From assembly GCF_038439875.1 (NCBI RefSeq), contig NZ_JBCDMT010000005.1, positions 79,661 to 111,660 of the forward strand: a stretch of 32,000 bases of DNA, written 5' to 3'. How positions within the stretch are numbered: the stretch's first letter is position 1; every line of letters begins with the position of its first letter. The notes beneath the pieces were generated by a model. That model was not told the origin of the DNA and did no database searches. It saw only the letters and a program-made list of their open reading frames with translations. The translations under genes were made by a program, and so were the position numbers. This DNA comes from Pseudoflavonifractor phocaeensis. Its GTDB lineage: Bacteria > Bacillota > Clostridia > Oscillospirales > Oscillospiraceae. Below, one piece after another: positions 1 to 8,133 of the stretch.

Positions 1-171
1 CCCGGCGATACGGTCCACCGCCATCAACACCTCCGGGTTTTCCGACAGACGGGTGAATCCAGGCACACACAGCCCGTCATACCCTTCCTGAGACAGCAGG
101 AAGGCCACCGCCCCGTCCTGGGGCTTGTCCCTGGCCGGGTGGCCCCTCAGCTTTTTCTTACTCAATGCCAT
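1..171 (-). CDS. Phage portal protein, N-terminal 57 codons (gene continues beyond the window)
   Basis: ATG at 169-171 lies 6 nt downstream of the TerL stop and is preceded by AAGGGGG. The frame is open to the window edge (MALSKKKLRGHPARDKPQDG...FTRLSENPEVLMAVDRIAG). The call rests mainly on the position immediately after TerL. Confidence 0.5.
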   Translation of the reverse strand, partial: MALSKKKLRGHPARDKPQDGAVAFLLSQEGYDGLCVPGFTRLSENPEVLMAVDRIAG

Positions 172-177
172 ACCCCC

Positions 178-1944
178 TTATAGCCACTGTTTTGCTTTTT
201 CGTTGAGCTCCATAGCCTCCAGCTTCCGCACACAGGCGAAAACCGAGGCGTCAAAAACGTCGATACGCTGCTCCGGCTCAACTTTTTCATATTGAATCAT
301 GTCGTCGGTCTTCTCGATGGCCCGGACATTCTGGACGCAATACTCGAAGGGGTCGGCATGGAGGTAATAAAGCTCACCGTTCTTGGCCTTGACCTCGATA
401 TGCCGGAACCCCTCCGACTTCTTGTAGTAAAGCTGCGGCTGATCCACCACGTTGAATCCCGCCGTTTTCATACCCACGTAATACTCCCGGCAGAATTTCC
501 GGTCATGGCCCACCTGTTTGATCTTGAAGCCCTTACGCCGCATCTCCACAAACCAGTTGACCACCTCCGCATGGTTCACCGTGGGGCTGTTGCACATGTC
601 CAGCCATCCGTCGTCCTTCCAGCCGAAGAGGGGGATGCCGTCCTCGTCGGCCTTCTGGTGGGCGGCCACCACCGGGAACCAGGCGTGAGGGATGATAATG
701 TCCACGTCCACCTTCTTTCCATCCGCCCGCTCCCAGCCGTACAGGGTCCCATAGAGCACGGCGGCGGTCAAATCGTGGAGTTTGGACAGGTCGGCGCCGC
801 CATACCACGCCACCGGCAGGGCGGCCAGATCTTCCAGGCTCCAGTCGTACAGCTCGTCGGAGCGCTGGAACTCCCCCAGGTCGAAATAGGCCCGCAGGGC
901 GGAGGTGTAAACGTTCAGGCTCTTCGCCAGAAAGTCTTTTCTCTGCTGGGGGTCGTTCTGGGCCTCCAGGGCGTCGTTCATAATGTCGTCCGGGCGGATG
1001 GTCACACCGTAAGCCGGGTTTGCCATTTCATGGATGCGGGGATTCGTGAAATCCACATCCCCGTTCTCCCCCTCTTCCGCCTTGCAGATGAAAATGAAGA
1101 GCTGCTCGTTCTTCACCAGACCGTCCAGCACCTTCTTGCAGTATTGAAGCCGCCGGTAGCAAAAGCTGGACATGTTGTCGCCCGCCGTGGTGATCCCGAT
1201 CATCAGCTTATTGGTATAAGCCTTCATGGCCTCCTTGATGATGTTGTACTGCTTGGGGCTTTTGAAGGCGTGGATCTCGTCGGCAATCGCCACGTTGCAG
1301 TTCAAGGAATCCTGAGCGTCCGGGTTGGCCGCCAAGGCCTGGATGAAGAGCGAACCCCCGTCCAGTTCCCCGCTGATGGAGTGTTCCTGATTGTTGTCGA
1401 TCACCCGGAAGTTGTCCTTCTCCCCCATCTCCCCCAGATTGAAGTTGATGAAGTCAAAGCTCTCCAAGCTCTGCTTCAGGGCGGCGGCCACGATATAAAC
1501 CTTACTGCCGCTCTTCCGGTTGAGCACCGCCAGGGCCCAGGCCAGGGCGGCGGAGAAGGAGGTCTTGACGTTCTTCCGGGGGATATAGATAAAGGCCTCC
1601 TTGAAGCGGCGGACCTTCCGGTCTGTCCCCGCCTCATAGAAGCCCAAGAGGTTATAGACGATGAACTTGTGAAAGGGCAGCAGCAGAAACGGCTTGCCCC
1701 GCATGGGGGTTCCGTCCAGCGCTTCCCCCTGTTGATGGACAAAGGTCTGCTCAATGAGCCGGATAACAAACTCGGCCTCTCGGGTGTCGAACTCAAACGC
1801 CGGGTCCTCCAGGTCCCGCAAAAACCGCTCACACGCCTGCTTCAGCTCCGGACAGGCAATTTTCCGCCCCTCCACGATCCCGCTGACATAATCCATGACC
1901 TCCCGCCGGTTTGGCGAGGGGGCGCCGCCCCTTTTACGGCCCAC
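178..1944 (-). CDS. terL: Terminase large subunit (Terminase_1-like)
   Basis: 588-aa ORF with a GTG start preceded by GGAGG-8nt. It has the Walker-A-like [11 protein letters not shown] motif and an N-terminus ([29 protein letters not shown]) typical of this family. It overlaps the TerS stop. Confidence 0.9.
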   Translation of the reverse strand: MGRKRGGAPSPNRREVMDYVSGIVEGRKIACPELKQACERFLRDLEDPAFEFDTREAEFVIRLIEQTFVHQQGEALDGTPMRGKPFLLLPFHKFIVYNLLGFYEAGTDRKVRRFKEAFIYIPRKNVKTSFSAALAWALAVLNRKSGSKVYIVAAALKQSLESFDFINFNLGEMGEKDNFRVIDNNQEHSISGELDGGSLFIQALAANPDAQDSLNCNVAIADEIHAFKSPKQYNIIKEAMKAYTNKLMIGITTAGDNMSSFCYRRLQYCKKVLDGLVKNEQLFIFICKAEEGENGDVDFTNPRIHEMANPAYGVTIRPDDIMNDALEAQNDPQQRKDFLAKSLNVYTSALRAYFDLGEFQRSDELYDWSLEDLAALPVAWYGGADLSKLHDLTAAVLYGTLYGWERADGKKVDVDIIIPHAWFPVVAAHQKADEDGIPLFGWKDDGWLDMCNSPTVNHAEVVNWFVEMRRKGFKIKQVGHDRKFCREYYVGMKTAGFNVVDQPQLYYKKSEGFRHIEVKAKNGELYYLHADPFEYCVQNVRAIEKTDDMIQYEKVEPEQRIDVFDASVFACVRKLEAMELNEKAKQWL

Positions 1945-2371
1945 CCGTCAACGCCTCCGACAGCTTCGACGTCTTTCTAGGGGTCAGCCCCTTGTCGTGG
2001 ATTTTTTTGAGCCCCGCCGGGGTCAGCCCCAAGATACCCTCCAGCCGGGTCAATTCGTCCCGCAGGCTTTCAATGGACCGGTACAGCTCCGTTTTGCAGT
2101 TGTTGGCCGCCTTGGCCTTATTGACGTAGACCTCTGTGATCTTGCAGCCCTCCAAATACCACTGAGCCATCAGCACATCGAATTGGAGGCGCATGTCCGC
2201 ATAGCGCCGGATGGCCGGGAGAAATTCGTCCTTGTAGGTCCCCACGGATTTCATGTCCCGGACGGTCTGCTCCAAAATCTCGTCCACATACCGCTCCCGG
2301 CTCTCGTCGTTCAGCGCCAGCACACCGGCTTCCTTCTCGTCCCCCGCTTCGTTCCCCGTCTTGTTCCCCAC
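1934..2371 (-). CDS. terS: Terminase small subunit, P27-like
   Basis: 145 aa with a GTG start. The C-terminal ...[11 protein letters not shown]... tail is typical of P27-family small terminases. It sits directly upstream of, and overlaps, terL. Confidence 0.75.
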   Translation of the reverse strand: MGNKTGNEAGDEKEAGVLALNDESRERYVDEILEQTVRDMKSVGTYKDEFLPAIRRYADMRLQFDVLMAQWYLEGCKITEVYVNKAKAANNCKTELYRSIESLRDELTRLEGILGLTPAGLKKIHDKGLTPRKTSKLSEALTGGP

Positions 2372-2447
2372 CGTGCCAGCACCCCCCTTTCAAAAAACCT
2401 CGCTCTATTGGAAAAAGTTACCCTACCCAGTAACCTGAAACCGAAAA

Positions 2448-2744
2448 TCAATCGTCTTTGGGTGGGGGGGTATGTCTTCTCCACCACTCCCCCAGCTCTG
2501 TGAGCTTCCCCGTCTTCCTGTCGTGCATCATGTTGTTTGCCCCATCCGACAGACTGAGAAGGTTCCAGTCGGCCAAGGCATACTCGGGGTAATCCTCCAG
2601 AGGCCAGATGTGATGTACTGTCGTAGCCCCTACCCGTCGACCATACCGAAGCGCTTCCCGGCAGAGATATCGGTCACGCCTCAAAATCTGTTTGCGCTTC
2701 GCTCTCCATTGCTTGGACCGATAGAACTCCTCACTTGTCACCAT
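2448..2744 (-). CDS. HNH endonuclease (packaging-associated)
   Basis: H-N-H signature: VHHIWPLEDYPEYALADWNLLSLSDGANNMMH. I prefer ATG at 2742-2744 (GAGG 4 nt upstream) over the TTG at 2762 used by the ORF track. It lies immediately upstream of terS, as in cos-type HNH/terminase modules. Confidence 0.85.
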   Translation of the reverse strand: MVTSEEFYRSKQWRAKRKQILRRDRYLCREALRYGRRVGATTVHHIWPLEDYPEYALADWNLLSLSDGANNMMHDRKTGKLTELGEWWRRHTPPPKDD

Positions 2745-2768
2745 CACACCTCGGCTTTCCAATATTTG

Positions 2769-2797
2769 TTTACATCAATTTTTAAACATGATATAAT
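2769..2797 (+). promoter_or_regulatory. Sigma70-type promoter of the plus-strand moron
   Basis: TTTACA (2769-2774), 17-nt spacer, TATAAT (2792-2797), with an extended -10 TG at 2789-2790. Confidence 0.6.
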
Positions 2798-2827
2798 GCA
2801 CTAAATTAAATTTTAGGAGGTATTGTT

Positions 2828-2971
2828 ATGTCCAAAGAGAACACTTGCCCAATATGCAGCAAAAAGTTTTCTGCCGATGAAGGCGCTATCAGCGACAACG
2901 GTAATTATATTTGCCAAGAATGTGCAGAAAAAGAACTGGATGACCTCATCCCAACAGATGAAAAATCCTAA
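2828..2971 (+). CDS. 47-aa zinc-ribbon mini-protein (moron)
   Basis: AGGAGG lies 8 nt upstream of the ATG. Product: MSKENTCPICSKKFSADEGAISDNGNYICQECAEKELDDLIPTDEKS, with two CxxC pairs. It has its own promoter and terminator. It is AT-rich and on the opposite strand to all neighbours. It is below the ORF-track size cutoff. Confidence 0.6.
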   Translation: MSKENTCPICSKKFSADEGAISDNGNYICQECAEKELDDLIPTDEKS

Positions 2972-2984
2972 TCTCATAAACACT

Positions 2985-3023
2985 ACCGCCGGAGGATTTA
3001 TATATCCCCCGGCGGTCTTTTTT
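2985..3023 (+). terminator. Rho-independent terminator of the moron
   Basis: ACCGCCGGAGG / CCCCCGGCGGT stem (11 bp, one mismatch), a 10-nt AT loop, then a T-tract (3018-3023). Confidence 0.75.
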
Positions 3024-3433
3024 AGTTCCACACTATCGCAGGGGCTTTCGTTGGATCTGAGAGGCAGCGGGAGAATACCCCGCCTTGCGTCACCTCTCAG
3101 ATCATTGGAGCCACCATCAGCCTCGTGCGGCCAAGAGTGACATATACCCCTCTTCGGGGTACGTTGCAGGCTCAACGGCTTTTCCTGCTTGCCGTGGCCC
3201 TCCCCCTTTCGGGTGAAGGAAACGGAAACGGCCCCTGCCGTCCTCATGCGGACAGCCTGGGCATGGGGCCCGACGAGGCTGGCACCCCGCCGGGCTGGTA
3301 GGAAAGGAGGCGCCCGTTACTCATGCCGCCACGGTGCCGGGCGACAGAAAGGCCGGAAGGGGCCTTACCTTGGCCCACTTCCATGGTTAGAGCATATCAC
3401 GGTTTTTCTGGAAAATCGTCTCCTGAAATTCTC

Positions 3434-3874
3434 CTAGCTCTCAGTTACCCCATACATGGCAAGCGTAAATTTGCGCAACGCCCTATCCTTGCGCTTGTAG
3501 ACACCTGGAGGGTTCTCGATGTTCAGCTCTTCGCATAAACGTTCCACGTTCCCCTTTCCACGGTGGATGAACATTAATTCCAAGATCCTGCGCTCCTCTT
3601 CGTCCAGCACAGAGAGCCCTTTTTCCACCATCCTCACCCGCCGCTGGGCAAGCTCCAAGTTCTTTTTGATCTCGTCCCGTTTAACAATGTTGGATAGGAG
3701 TTTGTCCCCAACTTCACCGCCGCCGCCAGTGACATGTTCACCCTCCCCCAAGGAGCTTCGCAAGGCTGATCTTTCTAACTCCAACCTCTCCAACTCCCCA
3801 GGCAGCGTAGCAAGGCTCATCCGCTGGGCCGGGTAGTTTTTTAACATGTCAATCGCTTCTCGCTTCCAGTCCAT
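3434..3874 (-). CDS. Putative late-gene transcriptional activator (sigma70 region-4-like / RinA-ArpU-like)
   Basis: 146 aa starting at ATG 3872-3874, coupled to the upstream gene by a TGATG overlap. The C-terminal ...EEERRILELMFIHRGKGNVERLCEELNIE...RKDRALRKF resembles a region-4 HTH. It is the last gene before the packaging module. Confidence 0.55.
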   Translation of the reverse strand: MDWKREAIDMLKNYPAQRMSLATLPGELERLELERSALRSSLGEGEHVTGGGGEVGDKLLSNIVKRDEIKKNLELAQRRVRMVEKGLSVLDEEERRILELMFIHRGKGNVERLCEELNIENPPGVYKRKDRALRKFTLAMYGVTES

Positions 3875-4098
3875 CAGTATGGCCACTCCTTCCTCGGCCG
3901 ATCAGGTATGTACTTCGGACAAGCCTTGACACTCCAGGTCTTGCCTATCACCGACTTGCCTACCCTCTCTGCCGTCCAGCCAGGAACGGGTCTGAAATCA
4001 AGAGACCATTCACATCCACGACGCCCATCCTCAGTCGGTACAGCGTTCTGACAGCTCCAGCATAGTTGAGCCGTGGAAGCCGGTCTATTCGTCACCAT
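3874..4098 (-). CDS. 74-aa Cys-containing phage protein, function unknown
   Basis: GGGAGGGG lies 4 nt upstream of ATG 4096-4098. Product: MVTNRPASTAQLCWSCQNAV...CEWS...KACPKY. The ORF-track N-terminal extension is Arg/Trp-rich and overlaps the upstream gene. Confidence 0.5.
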   Translation of the reverse strand: MVTNRPASTAQLCWSCQNAVPTEDGRRGCEWSLDFRPVPGWTAERVGKSVIGKTWSVKACPKYIPDRPRKEWPY

Positions 4099-4249
4099 GA
4101 AACCCCTCCCGAAAAAGCGCCTCTGCCTCCACGACTTTCTCCAAGTGCCCTTTGGCCGTCTCATTGCCTTCCGAGGCCATGAGCTCCCAAATGCGCCTTT
4201 CCTTCTGGAACAAGCGAAGCACCAGCTCTCGCATCTCCATTTCATTCAT
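4085..4249 (-). CDS. 54-aa hypothetical phage protein
   Basis: GGAGGAGGA RBS before ATG 4247-4249, which sits 1 nt from the stop of the upstream gene. Product: MNEMEMRELVLRLFQKERRIWELMASEGNETAKGHLEKVVEAEALFREGFHGDE. Confidence 0.45.
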   Translation of the reverse strand: MNEMEMRELVLRLFQKERRIWELMASEGNETAKGHLEKVVEAEALFREGFHGDE

Positions 4250-4410
4250 CTGCAATCCTCCTCCGTGTGCCAGGGGCACGATACTGTGTGCCTTTCGTTA
4301 TCGCAACGATTACACATATCGGCATCCTCCAGACAATCCTTGGTCATGAAAAGCCCGCAAAGCCTACAAACGCACTCCCGGCATTCATAGTCCATGTCGC
4401 CCCTATACAT
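4246..4410 (-). CDS. 54-aa Cys-rich mini-protein
   Basis: Start ATG 4408-4410, just after the helicase stop. Product: MYRGDMDYECRECVCRLCGLFMTKDCLEDADMCNRCDNERHTVSCPWHTEEDCR (9 Cys). Confidence 0.5.
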   Translation of the reverse strand: MYRGDMDYECRECVCRLCGLFMTKDCLEDADMCNRCDNERHTVSCPWHTEEDCR

Positions 4411-5722
4411 TGCCGCCACTCTCCTCAAATGGGACCGGGGCGTCTCCCAGGTCCACTAAAGTCGTTTGCTCACCCATCCGCTCCCAGCCGTAGGCCTTAG
4501 ACGGCCCCTTCCCCGGTGGGTAAAACCGGCACGAATCCGAATCGAACTCTAACCCGACCTTGCCCCGCTTCCCCCGGTTGCGGACCTTCATCACGTAGAC
4601 CAGCGAGGAACAGCCCTCGTTCTCGGCCTCCTCGTCGGAGAGCCGCCGCACAGAAAACACGTTATCCGCAAGGTTTGCGATATCACCGGAGCCGGAAATA
4701 TCGTCCCCGTCCGTCACCGGCTTGCCCTGCTGGGTCTTCCGGGGATGTGCCACCAAGTGGACGTGGACCCCTTGGGCTTTGGCAAATCGGGTCAACCGCT
4801 GGGTGAACATGGACTGAGCCCGGTAGAAATCCCGGTCCCCTGAAAGGCGGGTGGTCATGATGTTGTCCACCAGGAACACGTCACAGCCAAGAACACGATT
4901 TGCATAAGTAAACTCATCCAGGATTCGGTCCTCATCGTGGGCAGAGCCGTCCCGAATATCGTTGAGGTAATACCGCCCGGCCCACCACTCGTCCACCCGC
5001 CGGGCGGCCATGGGCTGGGCACAGCTTATCTGCTCCCCCACCTCCGGGTCCTGGAACAGATCCAGGTGTCCTGGCCCCACCGCTTGGACCAGGGCCCAGG
5101 CCTTGAACTGCCCGGCGGGCAGTTCCCCGGAGTAGGCGCAGACCTTGTGCCCTTGGTCGATGGCCTCCAGAAGGATCTGGCTCAGGAGGGTGGACTTTCC
5201 CTCCCCCCGCTTGCCCGTCCAGACAGACAATTCCCCGGAACGGAAACCGCCGGTGAGCTTGTCCAGCACCGGCAGGCCGGAGAGCGTGCGGGGGACCTCC
5301 CGCTCATCCAGGACCGAGACCCGGGCCAGCTCCAGAAGCCCGTAAGAGGGCTCCATCACCGCCCCGTACAAGATGCCATTGATCTCGCTTGGCAGATGGG
5401 CTTCCAGGAAAGCCGTAATGGAGGGATAGCCCCCAAAAGCCCCCTCCCGTGGGGAGAGCACCGGCAGGCCCCGGACATGGCGCCGCACCTGCTCCACCAG
5501 CTCCCGGTCCGGGGAGGCCACGAACACGAAGGGAAACTGGGAGAGCCAATCCCCGCAGTTCTTCACGTCCTCCCACCGCCCTGTCACTGAGAGACAGACG
5601 GCGTTGACACCGACGGCCTGCACATCCTCTGGAGACTGACACCACCAAAGGCCGGTGCTCATGCTCGGGTCGATCATCCGGGGCTCACAGAGAAGGACGT
5701 CATTAAAGCAGAGTCGGCCCAT
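4403..5722 (-). CDS. DnaB-like replicative helicase with a Toprim-like N-terminal region
   Basis: Walker A is GKRGEGKST and Walker B is DVFLVDNI. HLVAHPRK and DISGSGDIANLADNV are typical of the DnaB/gp4 C-terminal domain. I prefer the ATG at 5720-5722 (GGAGG 9 nt upstream) over the one at 5731. Confidence 0.85.
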   Translation of the reverse strand: MGRLCFNDVLLCEPRMIDPSMSTGLWWCQSPEDVQAVGVNAVCLSVTGRWEDVKNCGDWLSQFPFVFVASPDRELVEQVRRHVRGLPVLSPREGAFGGYPSITAFLEAHLPSEINGILYGAVMEPSYGLLELARVSVLDEREVPRTLSGLPVLDKLTGGFRSGELSVWTGKRGEGKSTLLSQILLEAIDQGHKVCAYSGELPAGQFKAWALVQAVGPGHLDLFQDPEVGEQISCAQPMAARRVDEWWAGRYYLNDIRDGSAHDEDRILDEFTYANRVLGCDVFLVDNIMTTRLSGDRDFYRAQSMFTQRLTRFAKAQGVHVHLVAHPRKTQQGKPVTDGDDISGSGDIANLADNVFSVRRLSDEEAENEGCSSLVYVMKVRNRGKRGKVGLEFDSDSCRFYPPGKGPSKAYGWERMGEQTTLVDLGDAPVPFEESGGNV

Positions 5723-6359
5723 AGCCGTCATCCTCCTTGGTGCGTTCCGGGGAACAGGACCGGTCCCGCCTCTCCCAAGTCCTTACCGCCGCTTTCCAAT
5801 CCACAATAGGCTTTCCCCGCCCCTGCTTCCAGCCGTTGGCCTCGTAATGATCCACGAACAGCTCTGGGTCCACATGATAATGCTTCTCCAGGCAATAGGC
5901 GGAAACCTCTTTCAGGGTGGGAGGAACAAACTTTTTACGAGCGGGAGGAGACGTCGTAGACGTCCCCTCTATTATTTCTTTATTATTAAATAAGGAAGGT
6001 TCGTTATTTTGTTGTTGTTTAGGTGTTGTCTTGTTCGTTGCCGCTTGGTACTCGGCGTAATTTTTCACTGTAATTACAGTGCCTTTAGGGAACGAAGTGC
6101 TCGTTATGGTGTTCGTTAATTTCAAACGCTCTAACGCCGTCCTCGTCTGCTGGTATGAAAGACCGGTTTCCAACGCCAGTTTTTTAACGCTACACAGCCT
6201 TTGTCCTCTTTTTATGACCATCCCTCGGATCTTGTGATCTTGATATTCGACGGTCAAAAGCAGATGGATAAAAAGGCGGCAGACGTTGATATCGTCATAC
6301 CATTCCCAGCTCAGGATAGACCGATGGAGCGAGATAAACCCCCAGTTGTCTCCAATCAC
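5703..6359 (-). CDS. Phage replisome organiser / replication initiation protein (winged-helix N-terminus, DnaD-like C-terminus)
   Basis: 218 aa with a GTG start preceded by GGAGGG-7nt. The N-terminal FISLHRSILSWEWYDDINVCRLFIHLLL... and C-terminal ...FVDHYEANGWKQGRGKPIVDWKAAVRTW resemble phage replication-protein motifs. It sits between the primase-like and helicase genes. Confidence 0.65.
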   Translation of the reverse strand: MIGDNWGFISLHRSILSWEWYDDINVCRLFIHLLLTVEYQDHKIRGMVIKRGQRLCSVKKLALETGLSYQQTRTALERLKLTNTITSTSFPKGTVITVKNYAEYQAATNKTTPKQQQNNEPSLFNNKEIIEGTSTTSPPARKKFVPPTLKEVSAYCLEKHYHVDPELFVDHYEANGWKQGRGKPIVDWKAAVRTWERRDRSCSPERTKEDDGYGPTLL

Positions 6360-6377
6360 ATATTTACCCTCCAGACC

Positions 6378-7016
6378 CTATCCAGCCGCTTGCCCGTGGC
6401 CTTTCTCAGGTTTTTTAACGTCACATTTTTCCTCCTTCGCTCTGCCCACGGCCCCATTGATGGCTGGCATAGCCTCCCACAGCGCTTCGTCTTCCTCAAA
6501 GGTGAGGAGGTCCAGGTAATATCCTATCGTCTCGATTTCCCGCAGGGCGTTGGCGTAGGTGTCTGGTATGGAGCCGGGAACAGCCAGTGCCCCACCCACC
6601 TTGACCATAAGCCACAGGGCCCGGAAACGACGTGTCAGCACTAAGAGGGCGTCTTTCCGCCACGCCTGAAACTGGCGCTTCCTCTCCCGCTCGGCCTCAG
6701 CCATAGCCACCGCCACCGGGTCCGCTGGGGCGCCAAGGTCTATCCCAAGGTGAAACACCTCATTGATCTCCTTGGCGGCCTCCAGCAACGGAACGTCCAG
6801 AAGCGCCGCTACAAGATCCATAACGTCCCCGTGGGCATCACATCCAAAACAGTGATACCGCTGTTGGTACAGGTGAAACGACGGGGTTTTCTCCCCATGA
6901 AACGGACAGCAACACCAGCCCCGCCGGTCAGGCTCAAGGCCAAAGTGCCGGGCTACCTCCGAGATATCCACGGCTTCCTTGACCCGCTGAAAGGCAGTAG
7001 GATCAATCCTGCTCAT
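6378..7016 (-). CDS. CHC2 zinc-finger primase-like protein (no recognisable catalytic domain)
   Basis: The CCCPFHGEKTPSFHLYQQRYHCFGCDAHGDVMDLV motif is the DnaG-type CHC2 zinc finger. 212 aa. Confidence 0.8.
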   Translation of the reverse strand: MSRIDPTAFQRVKEAVDISEVARHFGLEPDRRGWCCCPFHGEKTPSFHLYQQRYHCFGCDAHGDVMDLVAALLDVPLLEAAKEINEVFHLGIDLGAPADPVAVAMAEAERERKRQFQAWRKDALLVLTRRFRALWLMVKVGGALAVPGSIPDTYANALREIETIGYYLDLLTFEEDEALWEAMPAINGAVGRAKEEKCDVKKPEKGHGQAAG

Positions 7017-7227
7017 GCCTCTGGTACTCCGCCTGTCTTTTTTCCCGCCTAGCCTCCGCCCGCTCTGCTTTCCGGCCCTGGATAAACCCGAAAAGGAAGC
7101 AGTTGGCCGCAGCTTTCAACCCATATCCACCAGAGGCGCCGCAGATATCGGAAAGCTCTCCGAGCTTACAGCCGTGCCGTCCAGGCTTAACCTTCTGAAT
7201 GTCTTTCATGAGCTTGTCAATATTCAT
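7003..7227 (-). CDS. Hypothetical early protein (74 aa)
   Basis: ATGA start/stop overlap with the upstream gene, and it overlaps the primase start. Function unknown. Confidence 0.5.
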   Translation of the reverse strand: MNIDKLMKDIQKVKPGRHGCKLGELSDICGASGGYGLKAAANCFLFGFIQGRKAERAEARREKRQAEYQRHEQD

Positions 7228-7517
7228 GCGCCCGCCACCTCCTCCCCCAGCTCCCTGGCCAGCTTCATGCCCAGGCGGAAACCGTTGATGAAACCCTGCT
7301 TTTCATAAACGAGAGCAAATTCACCACCGATGGTTTCCAGGAGGTCCTTTTCATCTACCGTCAGATTCAAGGCATACACTTTCTTAGAAAAACATTCAGA
7401 AACATTTTCGGCCTCTTCAATCCTCTCATAGAACTCCGCCAGTTTCGTGCCGTCCGCCTTAACGTTGCTCTCGTCCGCACACGCCCAATACAGACGTTCC
7501 AAAAATTCCTTGTTCAA
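7224..7517 (-). CDS. Hypothetical early protein (about 97 aa)
   Basis: I prefer TTG at 7515-7517 (AAAGGAG 9 nt upstream, overlapping the upstream stop by 4 nt) over the ORF-track start at 7577, which would overlap 64 nt of the upstream gene. Confidence 0.5.
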   Translation of the reverse strand: MNKEFLERLYWACADESNVKADGTKLAEFYERIEEAENVSECFSKKVYALNLTVDEKDLLETIGGEFALVYEKQGFINGFRLGMKLARELGEEVAGA

Positions 7518-7822
7518 AGTTTCATCGCTCCTTTCGTTGCGTCCAGCCGCCCCTGTTCCCAGCAGAGACGTTCCCATTTGAGCAGAAGGCCCAACAATTT
7601 AACCTCTTCGTGCGTCATATGCTGCTTTCCCTTAAACTCACACCATTGCTCCGACGCAACCTCGAAATCCCTCAAATGATCCTCTTTGTTGATTCCTGCC
7701 ACTCCGTCGTTGTAGAAACTACGCAAAAGCTGAATCAAAGGATCTGCCATCTCTTCCCCAAGCGCTCCCGTAATAGCGTCAATGATTTTAGGCGGAAGAT
7801 CATAAATTTTTTTGCTTTTCAT
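7514..7822 (-). CDS. Hypothetical early protein (102 aa)
   Basis: ATGA overlap with the upstream gene. The ORF is acidic and helical-looking. Confidence 0.6.
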   Translation of the reverse strand: MKSKKIYDLPPKIIDAITGALGEEMADPLIQLLRSFYNDGVAGINKEDHLRDFEVASEQWCEFKGKQHMTHEEVKLLGLLLKWERLCWEQGRLDATKGAMKL

Positions 7823-8133
7823 TTTTCCGCCTTCTTTCCAGCGTCACGCTGACCGTGATCCCAAGCAATAGCAATCCAACAGCGGATCCCCTCCATAAAG
7901 CCGACATACGCCTGCTTCCCGAGGTTGCTTTCGATAAGCCCGTCCACGAAGTCCATGGACAGCTTAATATCAGCAAAGTCAGATTTCAGTCCAGCTTCAT
8001 AAGCGTTGTTGATAGTGGGGAGCCACTTCCCGACAAGATTTTTCGTGCTCCTTGGCAGTTTACGCCCCACAAGGTTCGCTTGGTAGGCCATGAACTCCTC
8101 CAGCGAGACGGGGAACTTAAAAGGAAGATTCAT
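7819..8133 (-). CDS. Hypothetical early protein (104 aa)
   Basis: Start MNLPFKF at 8131-8133, with an ATGA overlap with the upstream gene. The longer ORF-track N-terminus lies inside the upstream gene. Confidence 0.55.
   Translation of the reverse strand: MNLPFKFPVSLEEFMAYQANLVGRKLPRSTKNLVGKWLPTINNAYEAGLKSDFADIKLSMDFVDGLIESNLGKQAYVGFMEGIRCWIAIAWDHGQRDAGKKAEK

Noticed and set aside
292-1980. The 562-aa plus-strand ORF opposite the terminase large subunit, and the small nested ORFs at 533-808 and 1476-1832.
   Set aside because: They are antisense to a gene with clear terminase motifs. Their composition is dominated by Leu/Val/Gly/His/Pro, and they have no start context.
2813-3247. The 144-aa minus-strand ORF spanning the moron and the GC-rich spacer, with the plus-strand ORFs at 2823-3140, 3189-3437 and 3323-3538.
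   Set aside because: The minus-strand ORF runs antisense through a well-defined promoter/RBS/terminator unit. The plus-strand ORFs at 3189-3437 and 3323-3538 are Arg/Pro/Gly-rich, and 3323-3538 also overlaps the late regulator on the opposite strand. 2823-3140 is an out-of-frame read through the moron and its terminator. None has convincing coding features.
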